Shown here: positions 17,968 through 26,459 of the stretch, piece after piece
Layout of the letters: every line of letters starts with the position of its first letter
How positions within the stretch are numbered: position 1 is the first letter of the stretch
Assembly (NCBI GenBank): GCA_027032855.1
Contig: JALVLX010000153.1
Location: 1-28,018, forward strand
Direction: 5' to 3'
Source of the DNA: Flavobacteriales bacterium
GTDB lineage: Bacteria; Bacteroidota; Bacteroidia; Flavobacteriales; Flavobacteriaceae
Length of the DNA stretch: 28,018 nt
Translations under genes and position numbers: made by a program
Notes under the pieces: generated by a model
Seen by the model: the letters and a program-made list of their open reading frames with translations, nothing else
What the model was told of the DNA's origin: nothing
The model's database searches: none

Positions 17968-20900
17968 ATGAGTTTATCTGAATATTTGTTATCAGGACTT
18001 TTTTTTATAATTGTTTTTTTTGTTCTGTTTAATTTTTTTAAAGAAAAAATTGCTAAAAGAGGTATAGAAATTATATTGTTTTTTTCTTTGTTTTTTGTCG
18101 GTTTATCCTATTATGCCTTTAGGAGTTTGACCCATTCCTCCGACAAAAATATGTACACAAATACCGATTTGTTACATTTGGAATTAACAGGATATCAATT
18201 CGATTCGATTGTCAATTTATTCAATAGCAGAACTGATGATAACTTAAGCCGGGTGGTCCCTCAAAATAATAAGTATGCCGGATTTATTAATTCCAACAGA
18301 TACGAAACAGCTTTGTTTGACCGAGAAAAAGGCTATTTGTCTGTTATTAAAGATACTGATAACAAATATTCATTATCATATCGCTATTTGTCAAAGCCAT
18401 TGTATGTTCAAAATGAAAAAAACGAATATGAACTACAAAAAGCCGGTTGTTTAATACTTGACAGTTTGCCTGTTTTTATCAAATTTGATGAAAAAACTTA
18501 TAAGATTAACAAAAAGAAATTTAATAAAGAAAAAAGAAAGATAAAGCAAGACACAACAATCAGTGAATATTTAACAATCAAATTAAATAAGGAAGAAAAA
18601 AACAAAATCAGTTTTAATTTTGAATTTATTGGACGAAAAAAATATTCTAATATTAAATCTGAACCTTTGTCATACAAGTACGGCTTGCCTTTGTTAGATA
18701 TTCTAGCCACTTGTGATATCAAAGTTCCCCTTACAGATCAACAAAAGGAAATATTAAATGATACTTATATTCTTAGAGGAGTTTACGGCTATAAAAAGAG
18801 CCGGATATATTTATTTCCCGGGCATAATTTATCTCTAGCTCCAAAAGCCGGTTATGGATATTCAGAAAAAAATATACAAACAGGTGACAACTTGCATACG
18901 GTTCAACTTCCTGTCAACAAAAAGTTTTTTTTGGGGATTGGACATGAGCAAACACCCAAGTGGACGGTAAAATCCGGTAATAATAATAAGTCTGTTCTGG
19001 AATATAAACTTAAACCTAAATTTCCTCTTTATACAAAGGATACGATTTCAAAAATGTACCTGTCAACGGACCTAAATGAAATTATCAGAAATTCATCTTA
19101 TTATAACGGGGTTATTTCTTTTGGAAATCTAAAAGATAATAATGTTAACCACATAGATGCCTCAATACACTATGCCAACGATGATATAAATACTGCTTAT
19201 AAGTTAAAATTAGTAGATCATAATCGTAATAAACAACTTGATAAAGATATTGTTAACAAACAAATCGCATTGGCAACGAAAGCTAATGTAGGACCGGATT
19301 ATTTAATTAAGATTAGCGCCCCCATTAAACAACACCCGATACATAAGTACCCTTGGGCTGTTTTCGGCTTACTTTTTTTATACCTTTGGCTTCTGGCTAT
19401 CTTTAAAAGAAGAGAGGAAATAAAGAATAGCTTCAACAAAACCATAAAGATTAGCTATTTTATCGAATCTTTGGTTATTTGGGTTCTTTTGGCTTTTATA
19501 ACATTACGAATGGTTGTTTATTGGCGTTTGATTGCATTTCCGCCACTCAAAGACATTACATATAATGAATATATTAAAATAGTTGATCAAAATTCGAATC
19601 GTTTATTTTCAATATATCCGAAATACAAATTGCTGTTATCCGGCATCATGCTATTACTATTATTGTTGATTGCAAGATATACGATACTTCCGGTTCTTAA
19701 AACAAAAATTGAAAAAATAATAAGCAAATTTCAAAAACTCAGTGAAAATTCGGCTGATGCATGGAAGAAAAACGTTCTGATTCCATTTTTAGTTTTGTTT
19801 GTTATCACTGTTATACTGGAAATTTTGTTTAAAGATTTAATTCTAATAAAGATATTTTTCCCGTTTGTAGCATTTTTCTATATGCAGCGCCGTTTATTTG
19901 TTTTGGGGTATGTCAGCTTAAAATATTTATTGTTACCGGTTTTATATTTAGGGGTTTTCATCATTTTTGATAAGGGTTTTTTCCCGATTTTAATGCTTTT
20001 TTTGGTACTATATTACCTGACTATATACTTCATCTTTAACCCAAAGAAGACAAACAAACAAAAAAATAGATTGCTTTATTTATTGGGAGGCATTTTATTG
20101 GTTGTTATTTTATTATTTCCTTTCAAGCCTCTACGTTCGGCAGTCGCAACTACCTTAAAATCCTTTCACAGCAACGGTTTAAATAGAATCGCTTATCGTT
20201 TTGATATACTTGATTATAGCGTTGGCGAAATTCTTTACGGAACTGCCTACAAATCTGATAATGCACAGAAAGCAAGTTGGGCTGCTTCAAGTTTTTGGTT
20301 TACCAAGAACTATCTGTATAAACAGTATTATAATAAGCATCATGATGTCGTCGTAGAGGGTAAAAGCAAGAAAATAAAAGACTTACCCGCAAATTTTGAT
20401 ACTTTTTATCCAACCAGAGCCGGCGTTAGTATCATCAATCAAACCCGCGATTTGGTTTTGGTTAGATATATAATTTATGAACATGGTTTATGGGTGCCGT
20501 TTTTGTTAATAGCCTATTTGATTCTTCTGTTTTTTGTATATTTTTATTATACCTATGATGCCAGTTTTATCTACACGGATACCGGCCGTAATCAATATTT
20601 TACTAAGATAAGTTATAAATCGTTCAATCTGATTTTTGCCGGCATTGTGTTGTTTCTGATAAGTGTCAATTTAATTATCTACTTGGTTAATTTGAATCAG
20701 TATCCGTTTTTGGGACAAGATTTTTTATTCTTAACAATGACGGGTTTTTCCACGATTGTTTCCGGGATATTTATTTTCGCGGCACTTATCTTGCTGATTG
20801 ATAAGGATAATTTTAATATTGATACCAACAGAAATGCTACGTTCATACAGGTAATGCAAAATTGGATTAACAATAAGGGAAAAATTACCAAAGAATCTTT

Positions 20901-23562
20901 CCCGGTTTTGTCTTTTATATCAATTGTAATTTTGTTGGCTTTAGTGTTGTTGCTTTACCCTAACCGGTTAAACAATCAATTAACAGCATTGGCTAACAAG
21001 GATAAAGGTAATCATGAAAATTTAGATTATAAGGTTAGAAAGCCTATAGAAGCTTTACTTAATTTTACTTCAGAATTTAATAAACCGTTTAAGTCTTATC
21101 AGCGTCATTTAATCAATAAAATTAAAAACAGAAACAGTTTTTATATACCAAAAAAATATATTGAAAAGGTAGTAGCCGGTGTGGCAAATGATTCTGTTTC
21201 AAAAGATTCTAAAATGGATTTTATAATACATGGAAAGAAAATTTCTTTTGATGTAAAAGATTTTGTAGATGAAATGACCCCACATTACAAGGCAATTAAA
21301 CAAAAATATAAAGATTCAATTTATGTCATGTCCGCTTTTAAAGATTTTGCCAATCAGGAAAATCTACAAACTTTTAAACATGTGTTGTATTTGCGCAAAA
21401 ACAGAAATGGCATTTACAGTTTGGGTGTAAATCGCCGTTATTATACGATTGCCGCCATTTTTGATAAATCGGATAAAGATAAATGGAGTGGAGATTTAAT
21501 GGCCAATACTTTTGTTAAAGATATCAGTGTGCAGATTGATAAAAAATATAGTAGAAAAGATGTTAAATTCACCAAAGGAAATTTGCCGCCATGGGCAAAA
21601 ACAATCTCAAACGTCAGCTTTAATGATTATTTTAACATATATAAAATTGACGGTGATGTATTGGGATATGAAAAACCGCGATTAATTGCCAAGATTGCAC
21701 GAAATAGTGAAAAAAATATTGATATTTTTTTGAAAACAGCAGATGAGGGAGAAAGTATTAGAAAAGGAAAGGATTTGTTCGATTATTATTTAGAAACAAA
21801 TGACATAATTAAATTACATGCCGGCAACAATACGTATCAAATGAGAGTTGTTTATAAAAATGGTAAATATTTGGCACATAAATATCATTACAATGGTGTT
21901 GAAAGATATTTTTATCCCTTAGGAAAAGACTTTGTTTGGGCGTATGCGGCAGTCAATCATTTTCAAAACTATGGCACGCCTGAATTAAAGGACAGCATCA
22001 TAGAAACAAGTTTTGATTATATTTTACACCAACAACTATTGAAAGACTTAAGAACCAGAAGTAATGCCTACGTAACCGTTGCCGATGCACGAGGCAGAAT
22101 TTGGGCAATGGTTGATAAAAACAGAGATAAAAGAGCTTTTCGTATAGACCCGAATAATCCGGTCGATTTTACTAAGAAAACAGCCCAAACTTTTTTCGGT
22201 AATGCACCCTTTAGAGAAGAGGATGTGTTTGGAACGCGAAATCTTAGAATCAATAAAAATGGTTTTGGTTCAACCATAAAACCCATTATTTACGGTGCTG
22301 TAACTTCTCGTCTGCAAATGCCCGGTATTGCGTGGAACAGTATTGTGGTAAATAATATTATTCCTCAAAGATATGATACTAATACTAAAAAAACAGGTCA
22401 TCAATATTTTGGTGGAAAAAAATTCTATCCTATTTGGGTAGAATCAATAAGTAGAGAGTTTCGTACAAATGAGGATATCAATAATAGAGAATATCTGGTA
22501 AAGTCCAGAAACATGTACAACGCCATAGTTGTTGCGCTTGGGGCATATCCGAGCGAAGCATTCGCTAATCGTGGAAATTATAACCTTCGTAATGTGTTGT
22601 TGAGTGAAACAGACTTGAATAATAAATATGATAACGATTCAACATTTATGTTCCCACGCTTAATAATAAATGGTTCTTATCATTACTTTGATTTTAAAAA
22701 CAAAAAGAATTACTACGGAATACTAGATGAAGGTTTGGATAAAAACTATAAATTTATTTCTAAAAATAAAAAAACAGAGAATCTGAGAACTTACGAGATA
22801 AAGAATTATTACCAAAGCTTTAAAAGCGTTAAGAAGGATACGGCAAATTCAAAAAATATAGGAGTAGGCATCGGATACCGTATGTTTTTCCCTGAACGCA
22901 TGCGTTTTGTTAGATTTGTGGACAATAATTTTTATCAAAATGTTATCAATCCGGCTAAAGCCGGAACTCCTTTTGAGTTAACCCAATTCGGAATGGTTGA
23001 AAGTATTTTGAAGCTATTTACTTTTAACAGGGATTTTCAATTAGGTTTTGTTAAAGATTCATTGAAAAAAAGCCAAATATTAAATAGAGTAAACTGGGAG
23101 GTTAATCCCGGAAATAGAAAACATGTATTTAAAACATTTGTTCAAAACAATATCTTTAAATTTATGAATCTTTCTGTTTTAGAAGGGACTTCTGCAGGTT
23201 TAAAAAAACAACTTAACACGGTAAGAGGCTTTAGTTCAAAAACAGAAAACGAACAAATATATTTTGAGTATAATAATCAAAGATTTTACGTATATGCCAA
23301 AACAGGAACATCAAACAGCAATAGAAGCGGTAAAAATGATAAATCGCAATTTTTCATCATTAGTAATACTGATTTAACTAACAGTCAGGCTTATCCGGAA
23401 GGTAAAAACAAAGAAAAAAATGCGAAGAGTAAACCTAAGATTGTAGCAATTCATATCTTTTTACCTAATATTTCAGGGAGAGAAAGTACTGAAATTAAAA
23501 GTAAAATCATAGCATCGATAATAAAATCCCAATCAATGGAAAATTATTTTGAACAAAATTAA
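17968..23562 (+). CDS. SEDS (FtsW/RodA-like) glycosyltransferase fused to class B PBP-type transpeptidase, with extra N-terminal periplasmic domain
   Basis: About 14 TMs. SEDS-like motifs FDKG (D668), TRDLVLVRYIIYEHG (D828) and YPFLGQDFLFLTMTG. Then a TM at about aa 980-996, RYFYPLG, VADARGRIWAMV, GSTIKP (S1435-x-x-K), SRN (S1513) and AKTGTS (K1778). Confidence 0.85.
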   Translation: MSLSEYLLSGLFFIIVFFVLFNFFKEKIAKRGIEIILFFSLFFVGLSYYAFRSLTHSSDKNMYTNTDLLHLELTGYQFDSIVNLFNSRTDDNLSRVVPQNNKYAGFINSNRYETALFDREKGYLSVIKDTDNKYSLSYRYLSKPLYVQNEKNEYELQKAGCLILDSLPVFIKFDEKTYKINKKKFNKEKRKIKQDTTISEYLTIKLNKEEKNKISFNFEFIGRKKYSNIKSEPLSYKYGLPLLDILATCDIKVPLTDQQKEILNDTYILRGVYGYKKSRIYLFPGHNLSLAPKAGYGYSEKNIQTGDNLHTVQLPVNKKFFLGIGHEQTPKWTVKSGNNNKSVLEYKLKPKFPLYTKDTISKMYLSTDLNEIIRNSSYYNGVISFGNLKDNNVNHIDASIHYANDDINTAYKLKLVDHNRNKQLDKDIVNKQIALATKANVGPDYLIKISAPIKQHPIHKYPWAVFGLLFLYLWLLAIFKRREEIKNSFNKTIKISYFIESLVIWVLLAFITLRMVVYWRLIAFPPLKDITYNEYIKIVDQNSNRLFSIYPKYKLLLSGIMLLLLLLIARYTILPVLKTKIEKIISKFQKLSENSADAWKKNVLIPFLVLFVITVILEILFKDLILIKIFFPFVAFFYMQRRLFVLGYVSLKYLLLPVLYLGVFIIFDKGFFPILMLFLVLYYLTIYFIFNPKKTNKQKNRLLYLLGGILLVVILLFPFKPLRSAVATTLKSFHSNGLNRIAYRFDILDYSVGEILYGTAYKSDNAQKASWAASSFWFTKNYLYKQYYNKHHDVVVEGKSKKIKDLPANFDTFYPTRAGVSIINQTRDLVLVRYIIYEHGLWVPFLLIAYLILLFFVYFYYTYDASFIYTDTGRNQYFTKISYKSFNLIFAGIVLFLISVNLIIYLVNLNQYPFLGQDFLFLTMTGFSTIVSGIFIFAALILLIDKDNFNIDTNRNATFIQVMQNWINNKGKITKESFPVLSFISIVILLALVLLLYPNRLNNQLTALANKDKGNHENLDYKVRKPIEALLNFTSEFNKPFKSYQRHLINKIKNRNSFYIPKKYIEKVVAGVANDSVSKDSKMDFIIHGKKISFDVKDFVDEMTPHYKAIKQKYKDSIYVMSAFKDFANQENLQTFKHVLYLRKNRNGIYSLGVNRRYYTIAAIFDKSDKDKWSGDLMANTFVKDISVQIDKKYSRKDVKFTKGNLPPWAKTISNVSFNDYFNIYKIDGDVLGYEKPRLIAKIARNSEKNIDIFLKTADEGESIRKGKDLFDYYLETNDIIKLHAGNNTYQMRVVYKNGKYLAHKYHYNGVERYFYPLGKDFVWAYAAVNHFQNYGTPELKDSIIETSFDYILHQQLLKDLRTRSNAYVTVADARGRIWAMVDKNRDKRAFRIDPNNPVDFTKKTAQTFFGNAPFREEDVFGTRNLRINKNGFGSTIKPIIYGAVTSRLQMPGIAWNSIVVNNIIPQRYDTNTKKTGHQYFGGKKFYPIWVESISREFRTNEDINNREYLVKSRNMYNAIVVALGAYPSEAFANRGNYNLRNVLLSETDLNNKYDNDSTFMFPRLIINGSYHYFDFKNKKNYYGILDEGLDKNYKFISKNKKTENLRTYEIKNYYQSFKSVKKDTANSKNIGVGIGYRMFFPERMRFVRFVDNNFYQNVINPAKAGTPFELTQFGMVESILKLFTFNRDFQLGFVKDSLKKSQILNRVNWEVNPGNRKHVFKTFVQNNIFKFMNLSVLEGTSAGLKKQLNTVRGFSSKTENEQIYFEYNNQRFYVYAKTGTSNSNRSGKNDKSQFFIISNTDLTNSQAYPEGKNKEKNAKSKPKIVAIHIFLPNISGRESTEIKSKIIASIIKSQSMENYFEQN

Positions 23563-23575
23563 AATTAATCAATCA

Positions 23576-24064
23576 ATGAAAGACTTATTAAAAAATAACA
23601 TATTTTTTCTACTGATATTGGTATTCGCGATTGCATTTTTTTGGAAATTTAGCAATAAAACTGAAAAAACAAGCAACACACTTTTGGAAAAACAATTTGA
23701 TTTGGAAAAAAGAGCCAATATCAAAATTAAAGCCAATTATTTGGATTCTATTTTTACAACCGGTCGTTGGCACATGAACAATAAAATAAAATTTAACGGA
23801 GTTGAAAAATCAGATGACAAAATAATAGTGAAATATACGCTTGCAGAACCTAATTCTGATAATTTTTACGATTTGATATTTAATGATGATAGTAATTTGG
23901 TAAAAGAAAAAAATGATTCGTTATGGGATAACTCTATGAAAGCAAATGAAGGAGTTTTTACGTTTAAAGAGGTATCCAAAAAAAATGATACACTTTACGT
24001 TACGGTGCCGGTATCATTACTAACAAATTTTTTATACAAAACAGATAATTTCCAAAAACATTGA
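23576..24064 (+). CDS. small bitopic membrane protein, hypothetical
   Basis: Single N-terminal TM (IFFLLILVFAIAFFW) then a beta-rich domain. The ATG at 23576 is preferred over the overlapping TTG at 23549. Confidence 0.75.
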   Translation: MKDLLKNNIFFLLILVFAIAFFWKFSNKTEKTSNTLLEKQFDLEKRANIKIKANYLDSIFTTGRWHMNNKIKFNGVEKSDDKIIVKYTLAEPNSDNFYDLIFNDDSNLVKEKNDSLWDNSMKANEGVFTFKEVSKKNDTLYVTVPVSLLTNFLYKTDNFQKH

Positions 24065-24125
24065 TACTAAACAACATTTTTTGGCGTTATTATTGATAGA
24101 GTGCTATTGTTCTTAATTTATTCTT

Positions 24126-24977
24126 ATGCGTTTTTTATTTAAAAGTAATTTTATCATTTTCCTGTTTTTTGCGACAACAGCTTTTACTTTGCCTCAAGAT
24201 ACAAGAGAGCAATATAAAATCTGCAGAATTCACCATCTGTCTTACAAACAAACAATTCCGGAAAGCAGATTCAAAAATCTGAAAATGATTGGTACGGTCA
24301 ACAAGTTTGGCGTTCAGGGGAAAAATAAACAAGAACGCTTGTACGGTGCCATACTCAGAGCTTTGCGGTTCCAAAATATCACTAGAAAGGTTGAAAAAAA
24401 ATACGGTTTATCAAAAAATCTCCTGTTGGCAATGATTATGCAAGAGAGTGGCGGCGTAGATATTTTGCCAAACGGTAGAAACGATGGTGGTGCCGGATTG
24501 TGTCACATGCAACCCATGATAGCTAAAGATTTTGGACTGAAAGTCTATCAAAATTGCAATAAAATGGTGTCAAAAGTTCATGGTAGAGCCTTGCGTAGAT
24601 TGATAGTTAAGTATAAATCGGACCGTAAAAAACTAATCAAATTTGACGACCGATTTCATCCTATTAAAAATATTGATGCAGTAGCACGAATTCTACAGTT
24701 TTATAAGAATGCCGGCTTTTCAAGAAAAATATATAATACCCAAGAAAAAAGAGCCATAAGAGGTTATACGGGAAAGTATAATTTTAAAAAATATTATAGC
24801 AACCTAAAGTATTATCAAAGAATGTTGAATAATAAAAAAGTTATTAATGAAGTGAGAAAAATGTTTAACAAAAAAAATAAGAACTTCTTAATTGATGGCA
24901 AAAAAGGCAATTTTGACAGCTACATCAAAGCACATCAAAAACAAAACATCAATTACGGTTTAAACAGGTACAAGTAA
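24126..24977 (+). CDS. SLT-family lytic transglycosylase (lysozyme-like fold), secreted
   Basis: Signal peptide; KYGLSKNLLLAMIMQESGG (catalytic E107), GAGLCHMQPMIA (motif II), FHPIKNIDAVARIL. Confidence 0.85.
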   Translation: MRFLFKSNFIIFLFFATTAFTLPQDTREQYKICRIHHLSYKQTIPESRFKNLKMIGTVNKFGVQGKNKQERLYGAILRALRFQNITRKVEKKYGLSKNLLLAMIMQESGGVDILPNGRNDGGAGLCHMQPMIAKDFGLKVYQNCNKMVSKVHGRALRRLIVKYKSDRKKLIKFDDRFHPIKNIDAVARILQFYKNAGFSRKIYNTQEKRAIRGYTGKYNFKKYYSNLKYYQRMLNNKKVINEVRKMFNKKNKNFLIDGKKGNFDSYIKAHQKQNINYGLNRYK

Positions 24978-24998
24978 TTGTGTTTTAAAATTATATAT

Positions 24999-26450
24999 AT
25001 GAAAATTAGAATTGGATTTGCAATTTTTTTATCATTATTCTTTTTGTTGTCTTGTGAAACTGGCCAAAAAAATGACCAAAAAGAAACACCTCCGGAACCC
25101 GTCCAAACAAAATTTACCCTAAAGGATTTTTTGACGTCCAATAAATTTTTAGACAAAAAAGTCGATAGTATTTTTAAAACACTTTCTAGTAAACAAAAGG
25201 TATCTCAACTAATAATAGCATCTGTAGGAGACAAAAAAACAGATAATTTCAAACAAGTTGAAAAACTGGTAAAAAATAAGATAATAGGAGGTGTTGCTAT
25301 GTTTAGAGATGCTAAGGATACCATAAAAAGGAGAATAAAAATCTTAAATAACGAAAACACCAACATACCGTTATTGTTTAGCATTGATGGCGAACCCGGC
25401 TTGATAAACAGACGTTTAAAATCAAACATTGTTTCTATCAAAAATACCAGTGATTTAAAAACTACAACACAGGTTAAAAATATAGCCGAAAAGATTACGA
25501 ATACTTTAGTAGATATCGGAATCTATCAAAATTATGCACCGGTATATGATTTAAGCTACAACAAAGCTATTATCAATAAAAGATCTTTTGGAAACAAACC
25601 GGAAACTATCAAAAAGCTGGGCAAAGCCTTTATCAACGAAACACAAAAGAAAATTGTGGCAACGGTAAAGCACTTTCCCGGACACGGAAATGTTAAAGGG
25701 GACAGTCACAAGCAGTTGGTATATATTGACGGGAAGTTAAAAGAACGTGAATTGTTTCAAAGTGCAATAGATGACGGGGTATATGCTGTTATGGTTGGAC
25801 ACATTGCTATCAAAAATAACAAAAAGTATAATACAAATGGGCTACCGGCTACTTTATCAAAAAATATTGTTACGGACTTACTCAAGAACGAAATGAAATT
25901 TAAAGGATTGGTCGTGACAGATGCCTTTACAATGAAAGCCGTAAATGATATTCCCAATGCAGGGATTAAAGCCATTGAAGCCGGTTGCGACCAAATACTG
26001 ATGCCGGAAAATCCTGAGACTTTTTTCAACAGCGTTCTGAAAAAATACAAAACGGACAAACAATTTGCAAAAACGGTTGATAACGCCACAAAAAAGAATA
26101 TTCGCCTAAAAATTTGTTTAGGATTTTTTGATCACCCCAAAAAACAAAAGAAATCACAATCCAAAGCCAAAACATATACATTTAAAGGACACGTTGATAA
26201 ATATCCGGTAAAAATGACGTTGCATATCGTTGGTAATAGTGTAACAGGTTCATATACTTATACCAATAATAATATTACACTGCGTCTGGGTGGTTCGATA
26301 AAGGCAAACAGGTTGGTACTTTTTGAAAGAAATAAAGCAAATCAAAAAACAGGTAAATTCATAGGTAAAATGGAGAATAATACGTTTTCGGGCGTATGGC
26401 AAAATTTGAAAACTAAAAAGCAGTTAAACTTTTCTCTCAAGTCAAGCTGA
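24999..26450 (+). CDS. nagZ: GH3 beta-N-acetylglucosaminidase (NagZ-type) lipoprotein with an extra C-terminal beta domain
   Basis: Lipobox LLSC (C19 from the ATG at 24999); SIDGEPG, NYAPVYDL, RSFG, KHFPGHGNVKGDSH (NagZ signature), VMVGHI, GLVVTDAFTM, AGCDQILM. Confidence 0.9.
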   Translation: MKIRIGFAIFLSLFFLLSCETGQKNDQKETPPEPVQTKFTLKDFLTSNKFLDKKVDSIFKTLSSKQKVSQLIIASVGDKKTDNFKQVEKLVKNKIIGGVAMFRDAKDTIKRRIKILNNENTNIPLLFSIDGEPGLINRRLKSNIVSIKNTSDLKTTTQVKNIAEKITNTLVDIGIYQNYAPVYDLSYNKAIINKRSFGNKPETIKKLGKAFINETQKKIVATVKHFPGHGNVKGDSHKQLVYIDGKLKERELFQSAIDDGVYAVMVGHIAIKNNKKYNTNGLPATLSKNIVTDLLKNEMKFKGLVVTDAFTMKAVNDIPNAGIKAIEAGCDQILMPENPETFFNSVLKKYKTDKQFAKTVDNATKKNIRLKICLGFFDHPKKQKKSQSKAKTYTFKGHVDKYPVKMTLHIVGNSVTGSYTYTNNNITLRLGGSIKANRLVLFERNKANQKTGKFIGKMENNTFSGVWQNLKTKKQLNFSLKSS

Positions 26451-26459
26451 TCATACTAC

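Noticed and set aside
26451-26459. Bidirectional terminator between convergent nagZ and M1 peptidase
   Set aside because: The gap is only 9 bp and no hairpin is visible.
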